In this document: in pieces, positions 14,996 to 27,556 of the stretch
Position numbering within the stretch: the first letter of the stretch is position 1
Layout: each line of letters begins with the position of its first letter
NCBI GenBank assembly: GCA_904063045.1
Contig: CAJFCJ010000004.1
Span: 799,713 to 863,712, forward strand
Source of the DNA: Dimorphilus gyrociliatus
Lineage: Eukaryota > Animalia > Annelida
Direction of reading: 5' to 3'
Length of the DNA: 64,000 nucleotides
Notes under the pieces: generated by a model
What the model was told of the DNA's origin: nothing
Database searches by the model: none
What the model saw: the letters and a program-made list of their open reading frames with translations, nothing else
Made by a program: the position numbers and the translations under genes

Positions 14996-16472
14996 TAATT
15001 TTTATATCAAGACTCATTCATTTCTTCTTCTTCTTACCTATCGATTCTTACTTCTAAATAGAATTGGTTATTTCCACATTGTGTCTTTTTAATTCGATTC
15101 TCATGAATTAAGTGCAGCTTCTAGAAAACAAGACATATAGTTTGCATGTTTCATTAATAACATATATCAGTCCCTCTCCAAATTCGTCGCAAAGTCAGTA
15201 TTAACAGCTTGTTTATTTTAAGAATCAAATTAAATCAGTGAAAAAATATATTTCATTTTTTTCTACAAAGAATAAAAGAAAATATAATCTAAGCACGAAT
15301 GCGAAATTTCATTTTCCCTACTTGTATCTAAAGATTGGATTTGTTAAAGAAATAGAAAATATTACAGTCTTTTTTTTAAATAACATAGCTTATCTTTATC
15401 CCTCTAGCAATAATCATACTTTTTCAGCCTGAATTATTAATGGGGATGCTTTAGAGAAACATCAGGTGAATGAAGAGAATACGATGTAAGGTAATTTATT
15501 TAGATGTTAGTCTCTTCCTTCCTGATAATTTTGTTGTTAATTACATCTGTGATTTGTATAGATATCTAATTGTTTGTACTCAAGTCTGTTTGTTTTTTTC
15601 TTTTAAATAAAATCATTTCATTTTTTTTGTTTTCAATTAAAACATGAGTAACAAATATCAGTCTTTATCCAATTGTTTATCTCTCTTTGTCTCTCTCTCT
15701 CTCTCTGTCTCCTTTCTTTTATAACATTTATTAAACTATAGACAATAAATATTAAAGTAAATTTTGCATGTTTTCCGGGATTTTAATTGGTTAAATTTAT
15801 ATTTAAATGTGTTATAATTGCTTATATTAAAGAAGGCAAACGCTGTCTATAAATTAGATCGGAAATATCAGTAATCCTATTTACCTCGAATACTAAAAAA
15901 AGAATAAATTTAGAAATATAGCAGAGTGAAAGTTTAGCTAGATTTAAGAAAAAGAACTCATTGTATCAACGTTAGAAAGTGTATATTTTTGAAAAGATAT
16001 TAACAATTTCTAGTTGACTTAATACAGAGAAATATTTTTTATAAGCTAAAGACTTGTAGGTCGTATGTTTAATTATGCTGTGTTAGAGAGACTTATATAT
16101 ATATATATATATATAGTATATATACATTCGTGTAAAATAGTACACTGTATAACTAGCATGCAATTAATTTGTAAGCAATAGCCCACAATCGACAGAATAA
16201 TGATTAGATATCTATGACTAATTGAAAACTTTTGTTAATTAGCATAAAATTTCAACAATAATTAAAAGTGAATTTTGCGGCAAATTGCTCTTAAAAGTAG
16301 GCGTGAAAAATGATTTAAAGAGAAAGACCTTTCGAACCAAGAAGAAAGAAAAAATAGGTTTTACTATTAGAAAATATCTATCTGCGTGACGACGAAAGCT
16401 GAGTACCTTCAAATTCGCACTTCTATTCACGCCAATCATCAATCATCAGAATGTATCATCTATTAAAGGGAA

Positions 16473-16508
<36 letters not shown>

Positions 16509-17748
16509 CACTAAACAGTATTGTATTTAACGTAGAGTATCATTATTTTAATTAAAATGTTTAAATTAACAGTGAAAAAATAGTTTTAAATATTAATTTC
16601 TCTTCTTTTTAAAAGGACATTATGTTCAGAGATGAGGAAAATTCAGATACAAATACAGTTTGTTGATCGTATTTAGTTTTCTCATTTTGCTAGCATCATT
16701 ACTAAGTCATTAGTTATAATGTGAAAGATGGTTTTTTACCTAAACAAAGTACGAATTGAGTAAATATTAATCTATTTCCTTTAGACAGAGGAAGCTCGGT
16801 AAGGGGTATAAGTAAAGTGGGAATAATGGGCGATGAAAGAAAAAAAACAGAGGACTGCTAAATGTCATAAAGCGACCTTTATGTCAAAAAGAACTCATTA
16901 CTTATACATTGCACGTTTAATGTCATATAGCAGTTTCCTTAAAATGTATACTGTGGCTAATCATTCACATTTATTTCAAATATGAAATACTCTTTTCCAA
17001 TCATTTGGCGCCAAGGTATAAAATAAATTCAATTTCTATCTTTTACATTAAATTACAGAACTAAAGCTACTTCTGTTCCCTAAGCTTTTTCCCCTTTTAT
17101 ACAGTTTTTCATTTAGTGTTATGTAATTTTTTTTCGGAATCATTTCGTTTTTTAAAAGAGCAAATTACTAGGAATTTTTTACTTTTCTCCTTCAATTTCT
17201 CTTATTTAAATGAATGGAAAAAAAAGAAAATTAGGAGTATTGACTTATAAAAGTAACACTTATCCGATCCTCTGAGAATGTCATCCTTTAATACCGTAAA
17301 ACAAGAGTATTTAATAAATTAACTTCACTGTCAACAAGCTTACTAATTACAATATTCATTGAATTTTGGTTAGAGTCAAATTCATTACGTTTCTTATAAT
17401 TATAAAGTGACTTACTCATTCTGCAGAGATTAAAAGACTAGTTAAATAGAGGAGAGGAAAATAAATTGGCTCACGCAACTTAACTTAGAGGGTAAAAAAC
17501 CAAGGAATGAGAGAAGAAGAAAGCGTTCAAAACTGATTTAGAAAGTATATTTGGTATTTTATTGTTAAAGTTTAGTTTCCTGAATATCTTATCAAGCAAG
17601 AAAAGATTGATTAAGCTTGCTTTATGTTTAATGAACATTGCAGACTTAAGAGAAAACTTGAAAACTCTAAATCCTTTGATATTTTTAAATATCTTCAGTT
17701 CTCCTTATGCTTTTCTCTTCCCGTTTACACTCATTCACTTACTCACTC

Positions 17749-17787
17749 ATTCTCTCTCTCACTCATTCTCTCTCTCACTCACTCTCC

Positions 17788-17832
<45 letters not shown>
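17749..17832. repeat. (CT)n microsatellite
   Basis: TC run preceded by degenerate CACTCATT units. Confidence 0.9.
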
Positions 17833-17837
<5 letters not shown>

Positions 17838-18573
17838 ACATATGTATATAAATATACCTTATTAACATTAATTTATTAATTGATAATATTTTCAATAGAT
17901 TTTATTCATGAATTTATAACTTAACTTATATATTATAAGGAAACAGAACATTTATCTTTATTAAGTAGCGAGAAAAACTAACTATAAAAGAGAAACCAAA
18001 GAATGAATAGGAAAGAATATGCCTTCCAGAAAGAATTAACTTTAAAGAAATTATCTTCATCAATGAAAATTAGGTTTTCTTCGAATAGTTAGATTTATTT
18101 CTAGAATGAAGAATTCACAAGAATACTTTCCATCTTCATTTTTCAATGAAAATATTTCTTTTTAAAAAAACAACATAATAAATATCTTCTATTTTCTATT
18201 AAATACGTATATTTTACAGTGTAAAAGAAAAGATAGAGATAGATTTATGGAGATTAAAACACACATTTGATAAAAACTAACTTCACTCTTCTAAAGTAAG
18301 AATGTTTTAAATCATTAGTATGACTTTTATCTCCAAAACTTTAAAATCTATCAAAGAATCTTCATATTAGGATAATATCATATTTTATTTTCATTATTTG
18401 GAAGATTTAACAAACAAATTTTTTATTATCGCTCCTTTCATTTTCCCCCTAAGCTATGTTAAGCTAGCAAAAAAATTATAAGCGTTATGCATATTTTAGT
18501 CTGTCAAATGCTGATAGGGGGCATCTTGGTTCAATCTCTTGGTTATTTTGTTTTTCGCTCTCGAAGCTCCAGT

Positions 18574-20199
18574 ATGCCGACGGTATAGTTTGGATATTGT
18601 CTAAAATCTATCTTTGTTTGTCAAGTTTGTTTGATCCTTATTAACAGGCTTTTTGTTGTGATACTTTTTTGTTAATTTCGACGCTCATTATTCAAAAAAA
18701 AAACAGATATATTCATCTATTGGAAAAAAATTTCTCTCTTTGATGAAACGAAACGGTATATTTTTTTTAGATACGCCATCTAGCGTTAAAATTCTAAGCT
18801 TATCATTGAAAAAAGTTTACTGAACGAAAGAAAAAGATTGAATGAGGAAATAATAATTAACCAAAAGTTTAAATAAAATATTATAATTAATAATTTGAGG
18901 TATTTTAAGTAAAGTTTTATATGAATATTGAATTAATTAGCTATGTTGTAGTTAAGTTCATTTAAATATCAATAGTAATATTTCTGTTTATTCTTTTTTT
19001 TTTATTAAAAACAAGAATTTCTTTTTGAATAATGAGTGTATAATCTAATTTATTATAGATCAATCATATATTATGTCTTAGGTACATTTACAAATTTATA
19101 ACATTTAACATTAAAAAAAACTGGAAGAAAAACTCATTAAACTTAAATTTAGCCTATAAAGAGATTAAGCATAAAAAATGGAAATTCAATGTAAATAATA
19201 GGTAACAAGTTTAAATTAATCCTTATATAAAAAAAGAGACAAGACTAAGACAAGACTATAAAAATTGATCTTTTATAACAAAAATTCTCCATCCTTTCAT
19301 TGTTTTCTTGATCTTATTTTTCTTAACAGTATTTGTTATATTTGTTAACATTTTTAGAATATTGTTATTGTCAAGTCTATTATTTAGAAGGGAACATTGA
19401 AATAAGTCTAATATTGTTTATTTCACCTCGTTTCTCCTACTATACTTTATGATATTACTAATAATTATTATTTTACTAACATATCAAATAATTTTGATAG
19501 CAATCGACGAAAAATATTTATCTAATAAATTATTTATATATAAATGTATATAAATATAGTTTATAGTACAATTCCCTTAGTCCCTCCCACTTTTCCCAGC
19601 CTATCTATTTCCCTGTGAAAAAGAAAACATTACCATCCCTCCCTTAGTTCTCCATTCTTTGTGCTTAAAATTTCACGTAGAGATAAGCTTTCTTGGTAGA
19701 ACGGAGAATTATGAATACTTTATCGAGATAAATACATATATATATATACATATATTTATGAGGTAAAGTTATCTATAAAAAATAAAAAAGTGTTGGATAA
19801 AAACAATTTAACCGGAAGTGTTGGTTAATTGACCTTTAATGGAGATAGCTTATTATTTTCGTTTCATTAATTTTTCAATTATTATCTTCTTTTTTGTTTG
19901 TATTAATTCTCTTTTAATCTATTTGTTTTCACAAAAAATATATCGGTTATGGAAACTATATATCTACTTGTTTATTTTGATTACTGTAGGGTCGCCTCTT
20001 TGCGCTGTTACTTTTCGTAGGCGCCATCTCCTTGGTAGAAGTGCTCCCTCAGCATCAGCAATATTTAGAATGCCTGGAAGTATGTGCCATCGGATGTGTA
20101 CACTGGAGAAAACCCAATTTACCATTTTGTGCTGAGAATTGTCTGAAAATCAACAATATGCCTGAGTTTATCCCAGAAATGTACTGTTTCGCAAGATGA
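18574..20199 (+). CDS. Secreted six-cysteine peptide precursor, eclosion-hormone-like (about 72 aa)
   Basis: Exon 19990-20199 follows the acceptor ttactgtag and reads GRLFALLLFVGAISLVEVLPQHQQYLECLEVCAIGCVHWRKPNLPFCAENCLKINNMPEFIPEMYCFAR*: a hydrophobic signal-like stretch, then C-x3-C-x3-C-x10-C-x3-C-x14-C. Best phase-0 first exon is ATG CCG ACG|gtatag at 18574-18582, which is tentative. AATAAA lies near 20370. Confidence 0.65.
19811..19820 (+). promoter_or_regulatory. ETS-family consensus site ACCGGAAGTG
   Basis: Exact 10-bp ETS consensus in very AT-rich DNA, about 170 bp before the peptide's main exon. Function is inferred only. Confidence 0.3.
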
Positions 20200-21541
20200 C
20201 CATGATGAGTATGCTTGGAACAAAAAAGAAACGTATTCGATATTCGATTCTCTAAAAAAAAAAAACACCCTGACACGGTGTACATTGAATAATTTTGTGA
20301 AAATATAGTTTTAAAGTACGAATGCAAAAAGCTCAATTTTATTGGTCTTTTTTTTCCTTTACCACTTGTAATAAAATAGGCGCAAAATGTGAAAAAACTT
20401 AAATATGATCTTCTAGTTTATTTTGATTCGTATAAAAAAGAAAAGAAATTTAGCACTAAAAACTAGTTTTAATTAAAAAAAAAATCTAATTAATTTTAAT
20501 TCTTCCTCTGGAAGTTAATATATTCAATAAATATGTTGAAGAATATCTAAATCTAGAAATTTCTTTTAAAAAAGGCAAAAGTATCAATCGGAGGGAATTG
20601 AGAACAGTTTACTCCAATTAATTATAGGATTACATAATACAACGCATCTACTATATAATACATTTATACTCCATTAAGAGATCATAATTTGTTGATATTA
20701 AAATACTTTCTTTTCATTACTTTCAGTTGCCTTTGAAATTTCTATTGAAAGACAAAATTTCCATTCATGATAACATGGTTTTTTATTTCTTACTCTTTTA
20801 TATTAATATCCAAAAAGAAAAGAATATAATTTTTCTAAAGTACTACAAAAGTCAATCTTTCTTTTCTTTCACTCTAACCTCCCCCCTCCCTTCCCGTCTC
20901 CTTTCCCTCTTTCTCTCGCTCTTTACAAATCTCAAATTATTATTGAATTTTCACAAAATTTCTTTCTCTATATCACTTTTTCTCTAAAAGAATTTGCATA
21001 AGATTCTCATAAGACAACAAAAAACAAAAGCTACAAAGGCATCTTGCAGAATAGACATTTTGTTAGTTAAGAACACAAAAGAGTAGAACATCAGAAAGTT
21101 TCTCTTCATAGTAAAAAAGATTGGTGAAAAATAAACATACATTATATTAGACATAGAAGATATTTTTTCTCGTTATAGTACAGACATTCTTCCTTTAAGT
21201 TACAAAAATACGAGACGAAAGCTTTGAAATATAGAATATATATACATATATGTATATATACATAGTATATATAAACAAAATGTTATACTACAACTCAAGC
21301 TTTTCTCTTGAAAACACTTAACGGTGTATTATAATAAATGGATATTAAATATCTAATAAAAAAAATCATTAAGAATTAGTATTAAAAAATGAAGTGTTAC
21401 CGAGACAACGAATAATGCAGTATTTCAATGTCCGAAACATTAAGACACGAAGCCTTTCGTATAACAAAAAACGAATAGAGCACCAGTCTTTTTCTTTTAA
21501 ATATGAAATAAAAAAAACTTCTTGAATTATTAACTTTTGAT

Positions 21542-24500
21542 TCAATCGTATTCTATGTATAGAGTCGGTACAAATCCATCTTCGCCACTATCATTTTTTA
21601 CTCTTGTCCAACCATCGCCCGTATCAGCTTCAATGATTTGTAATTTTTCACCATCCCTAATAGCAAGAGAACCTTCATTTTGACCCTCAAAAGCGTATTT
21701 GGCGGTAGCTCTTCCCAAACTACAATCTTCAATATGATTCGAATCAGAATAGTCTTCTTCAAACTCCTCAAACATATCAGAATCGTTATTAGATATGGAA
21801 TGCGTAGGTGTTATCTCTTCTTTTGGAGGAGGAGGCCTTTGATAATAGAAACATGAAATTAATATATATTTCATCAAGCACTATAAACATTACACACAAA
21901 AATACGTTTTGAAAATGTCACCGGAAATGATGGCACTTTACAAAAGAAAATATCTAACGCCATCTCTAGGTGGTACCTAAAAATATTTCAACAGCATAGA
22001 AATATACTTACAAAGATGTTGTTTTAACGCTTGACGGCGTATGGTTATTTAAATTAGGACTTTTCGTCTCCTCTTTGCTATGACCAATATTTCTTAAAAA
22101 ATTTTCATATTTTTCAATTTCTGATTGTATATTTTCAATATTCTGTCTATTCTTGTCTAGCTCTTCATTCATACGGTCCTGACTTAAGCCCATATGAGAT
22201 TTTGGTGTTGACGAACCTTCAACTCCAACCCCTTTTTCAGCAACTTCAAGCATTTTTTCAAGACCAGACCTTTTTTTAAAAAAAAAGCATGTAAAGTAAA
22301 ACAAAATCACTCGTTCTTTTAACTTTTACCTCTCTTGGTTAAGTTTCAACAAGGTTTTCTGAAAATTGACAATTTTTTCATTTATTTTTTTTTTCTGTTG
22401 AAGAGGCGGAAGATTGGTAAAAAATGGATCATCCTTTTTATCATTTTGATGAGGCTAAACAATAAAAATTACACATAAATTCGGTTTCAATGAAATTACA
22501 ATTCACAATATAAACTATTAACTAATTTCGCCAATAAGGAAAACATTTGTAATTCAACTAAAAATTGGTTACAAATACGTGATAAGCCAATTTAAATAAT
22601 ATAAAATAAGAATTAGCAGAAGCTTATAATTTGGAATAATAGTAATCACAGTCACTTTTAAACGCCAAAAAATTAAAGAAGTTCTAGCCTTTTCCTAAGA
22701 AATAAAAGAAAGATACAAAATATTCAATAGATTCAGTTAAAAATTAGGATTTTGATCAAATTAATTAACCTAAATGAGTATGAAAAGATGATACACGTAT
22801 AAACAAGAATATACGTATGTAAATATATATACGAATATGAGAGATTTTGAAAAGAAAGTTACTATAATATTAAAAGTTTAAAAGCAGAATTAGAATGCGA
22901 TAGCTTCAACAAAAGAAAATATCTCGTTTAGTTAATAAATACATATACAAAACATATGATATATAGATATATATATTAAAAAAATCACCGGTGCGACCAG
23001 GGATAATCGTCGTAAAGCTCGTTCAGAAAACTGCAAAAAGTTTTAGTAAAAAATATAACAATAAAAATTGTGTTATATACTAATATATATATAAATAAAT
23101 AAATACAAATAAATATGATAAATATGTTAATAACTGATAACGTAACTCAAATAAACCAACAATGTAAAGTTCTAAAACCTAAAGTAATAAAATATGTTGT
23201 TACAACTAAACAAAACAAAAAATTTCCACTACTAATCAACAATATATCATGGACAGCAACGTCTTACTTTATAATTATTAATTAATTATACAAGATGAAA
23301 ATTTAATGAATACGTGATGTTGAATAAATTGATGTTCAATTTGCTTTTTTAAAATCAAATTATTGCTTTTAAACTTGCTATCTTTAATTAAACATAAACC
23401 ATCAGAAACGGTTAAGCTAGGATTGTGGGCTAGGATAAATTTCGTACTTTATTAAGGTACGAATAATATATTTAAATATATTTTACAGAATCCAAAATTT
23501 TCATTTATTTTAACTCTACTTTTCTCAATTATGTGGTAATTGAAAGAGTAAACGTATTATGCAATAAAAAATAGACCAGATATAACTAAGAAATTGGAAA
23601 ATAGAGATCAAACTGACTTTATTTTCCTTTAAAAATATACTCAATAGAAAAAGTTTTAAAATATGAATCGATTCATATTGAATAGTGACGGCCTACCTGC
23701 TTTTAGCATCCATATTTTAATCCATAAGATATTATCTAAATATATATAGATATATATTTATACTGTACATATTTACTTTCAAAGTCAATAATATCTAGAA
23801 TATAAATTAACAATTAATTCTATTGCAAGAGTTCTTAATTGAATGTTTAGTGCATCAATAATAATAAAATTATTGAAAACTGTTTTCAGATATAATTATA
23901 ATTTGGAAATCACAAACTATTTAATACAGTATAAAGTACACTGCATTGAATAATAAAAATAATTCTTCAATCTGGAAAATTTCTATTTTTTTCCATAGAC
24001 TTTAATTTAAGCACTTTAATAGTAACTGTGAGTTGTTAATAGAATTGTTAATTGTTGTTTTTGTAAAATTAAGAATACTTAAGCTAATTATTTAATATAC
24101 ATACATATTTGTATATATAAATGTATATAAATAAACACATTTTGTCATGCGCTTTGTTAGATTTAATAAAAGGTAAGTTACAAATTGGAATAGGGAAGTT
24201 AAAAGCTGAGGAAAGGTAAAGGTACATAATATTAAATTGGGGTAGTTAAGTAATATATAAATACATCTATATAATAAAAATAATAATAGATATATCATGC
24301 TTTGATATAAACCTACCCGATATCGTATAAACTGTAAAATGGCCGGAAACATATTAAAAGAAAAGAAAAAAAAATCATTGATATGTAAGAAAATATTTTT
24401 CACGACTAAATTAATATAGTTTTAAAGATATATAAAATTTAATATCTTTGAATAAATAAAACGAAACTTATTCTTACCGATGCTGCCTTTAGTTTATTTT

Positions 24501-27124
24501 TCTTTTTCGTAGTATTAGGAGTTGAAGTACCATATTCAACAAACTCGATATCTCCATTAGGTGTATATCCACTTCTATATAAATCGATAACCGTTTGAAT
24601 ATCCTAGAAAAAAGAGGAAAGTTATTTTTTCTTTCATAAACTCTTTTAGAAACTAAAACGAAATGATTCAACATTTGTTATTTTCAAAACAATATACTCT
24701 ATGCACAGTTGATCTCAAAATAAAAATCACGTGATTATTCTATTTTTATTTTGCGTGTACTATCTTCGTAGACGCCCCTCTTGTTAGACCTAATAACAGT
24801 ACATTTTTTAATGAAGAATATTAATTAGTTGCTTAAATTTATCTTTAAAATAAATATTACAAATATCAAATTCAACATGATTTCTTTTACGAATAACGTA
24901 ATAGATGAAAGGCCTACGATGAAGTACTTAAACGATACTCGAACTTTATCTACAGATAGATGATAAACAAGAGTTACAAAATAAATAAGGAAATTAATTA
25001 ATAATGAAATAAAAAAGATTTCTCTTAACCTTTTCGGCATTTATCGTTTTACAACAAGCTTCCATTCCGTCTATACACCTTTGCAAAATGGGTACTACTT
25101 TTTTTTCAACCTCCATAAAACTGATTAGTCTATTTTTAACTTCTTCTATTCGACCTTCTTCCATGTTTTGTATATGCTATTGAAGTGTTAATAATTAGTT
25201 TAGCATGTGAGGGAAAACATCAAAGTTTGTAAATACAAACTTACATTGTATATATCTGGCATGACAATACTATAATGAGTCCTTTGCATATCGTTTGTTT
25301 TTTTCAATTCCGCTGCATAATCTGTCTTATACGATTCACAGATTTGTTGCTTGGAAGTGGCAATTCCTTTAGCCTATTGTTGAAAAATATATATAATACA
25401 AGTACACATAATAATTATACAGATAAATATACAAAAATTGAACAAATATTTCAAGTATTAAAAAGAAATGGGACGTTTAAGTAAAAATAGGACAATTGTC
25501 AATTATTTGCTATTTGAATGATATTGTCCCAGTTTAACCCCTTATACACTAATATATATAAGTATATATATATATATATTTACATATATTATTAATAACG
25601 GGAAAGAAAATTTTAAATAGTCATCATTAGAAAAATCTAGTTACATTATAAACTTCAGCTTTAGTTTTTAGATCATCGTTCTCCATTTCAATATATCTCT
25701 CCCTAGCTTTTTCCTCTTCTTTAGCTGATTTTTCATACAATTTTCTTGCTTTATCATGTTTTGCTATTTGATTTCTTAAGTCTGCTTGCTCTTTAAGGGC
25801 TCTATTAAACAGCTACAAAAAAATATTAAATAAATGCTTAAAGTGTACAGAACAAATGGTCTTGCTTTCACATACTCTTTTTCTTTCCGTTTTATACGTA
25901 TTAATGCTATTGTTCATATCCTTTTCATACTTTGATAACTCTTCGGCAATTTGGTCATGTTGGCCTGCGACATCACTGATTTCTTTTATGTAAGTTATAA
26001 ATGCGGTGGCATGAGTAAATCTGAAAAAATACGTTAGATTATTTAGGTTAATTATTTAATTATTATTAAATAAATGTTCTATAGCTATTTAATACTTCAA
26101 TTTGCCTTCAGCAATTCATTACAAAAATATTAGACAAACGTTCTTTGAAAATTACAGATAATACAGAATTTTCTATTAGTTTCGGTTTACATCAGAAATA
26201 TAAACATTGAAAATGTCAACTATTTAGAATAATAAGACAGATCGCCATTGTGTTATCAAGTGTAGTATATCCGATAATAATTGAATACAAAGAAGCGATG
26301 AAATCATATTACATGGACATTAAGCATTAATGCGCTAAATTTAATTTGACCCAAAAACTATAACTTACGTATAATAGCTATCTTCCTTTTTCTTATTAGT
26401 CGATATATGACTTTTAACGAGCTTTCTGTAAAAAACAAATGATTAAAATAAATTATGTGATAAAAAGTTGAGAGTATCAATTTCAGGAAGAAATAAACAA
26501 AGACAGTTATTTTATAGAACATATTGTCTACATTTCTTCTATTTTATAAATCAATGACTCAATTGGGCTGGAATGATTCATTGGAAAAACAAGATGCCAG
26601 TAGGGTAACTTTATACTTTCCAGATGTATGGCTAATTACAGATATAAATAATTAATCTACTTCGAATTATGAATAATCACACAATTGAGTATTTTTTTAT
26701 CAATTTAAATACTGTCAAAAAATCATTAATAGTATACCAATAAACAGATAGGCATACTAAACGTTTATGTTACCAACTTACTTTAATTCTTTTGCATATT
26801 CTATTTCAATCTTTATTCTACCTCTCAGGAACTTGATGATATCTTCCAAAAATATAATCCCTTTATCAGTATATTGACTAAGGTTTTCATACTGATCCTA
26901 AAATGAGAAAAATAATTATTAGTTTCATTGATAAAATTATAGAAAAATCATTTACAGGTTAGTAAATATTTTATGAAAAATGTATGATTAAATATGACTG
27001 TACAGGTTATGTAATTTAAAAAGGATAAGAGAAAAATGGGAGTGGGTCAGGTGCAGATGGCAAACTAATTATATCTTAGCGGCAACTACAAGATACATAC
27101 CCATAAGTGAACACCGAAATTCAT
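21542..27124 (-). CDS. CIP4: CIP4/FBP17/Toca-1 family F-BAR-HR1-SH3 protein (about 543 aa)
   Basis: Exons on minus strand: 27124-27101 (MNFGVHLW), 26897-26782 (DQYENL...RIKIEIEYAKEL), 26425-26369, 26020-25876 (DVAGQH), 25812-25645, 25373-25245, 25176-25030, 24603-24478 (YRSGYTPNGDIEF), 23030-22989, 22454-22330 (FTNLPPLQQKKK, HR1), 22269-22012, 21836-21542 (SH3: AKYAFEGQNEGSL...DTGDGWTRV...GFVPTLYI). Phases consistent, total 1632 nt. Confidence 0.95.
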
Positions 27125-27556
27125 GTCTTAATCCAAAATAGTAAAAACACCTTACAAAGATATGCTTGTTGTACTGATAGGTTGATTTCACCTATGTAGT
27201 AGGCCGTTAGTCAAACTTTCATTTCAATGTAAAATGGCGTCCGGTTGTTTTCGTATAAATGTAAATTTAAGCTCTAAAATCTTCCTAATAATTTATAATT
27301 ATTTTAAAAATTATAATTTATAAAACTGAATTAATATTATTTGTAAATACAACTAAATGGATTTGTACTATATCAACATGATATAGAGCTACCTGCTCGT
27401 AGTATTTCCAGCATGATAGCATGGTTAAGAGTTTCCACTTCCGGTGTGAAAACGGCAAATCTTTGAAAAAGAAATAGACGTCTTATGTTTAATTAATCCC
27501 GTTACGCTTTCTATGCTAATATTTCAGACTGTGCATGAAAGTTAAATCTAATAGAA
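27125..27556. promoter_or_regulatory. Probable bidirectional promoter between CIP4 and DAXX
   Basis: 432 bp between divergent start codons. Contains YY1-like AAAATGGCG (27231-27239) and ETS-like CACTTCCGG (27436-27444). Confidence 0.6.

Noticed and set aside
19758-19762. ATG AG|gtaaag as first exon of the cysteine-rich peptide
   Set aside because: A phase-2 join to 19990 gives MRVASLRCYFS*, the wrong frame.
21959-21976. 18-nt CIP4 microexon before the SH3 exon
   Set aside because: It needs a 35-nt upstream intron, shorter than any supported intron here, and the flanking exons already join in phase.
23697-23794. Further CIP4 intronic exon candidates (39 nt at 23735-23697, 18 nt at 23794-23777)
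   Set aside because: The 39-nt one has a stop in the required phase. The 18-nt one is plain AT-rich sequence whose signals could easily be chance.
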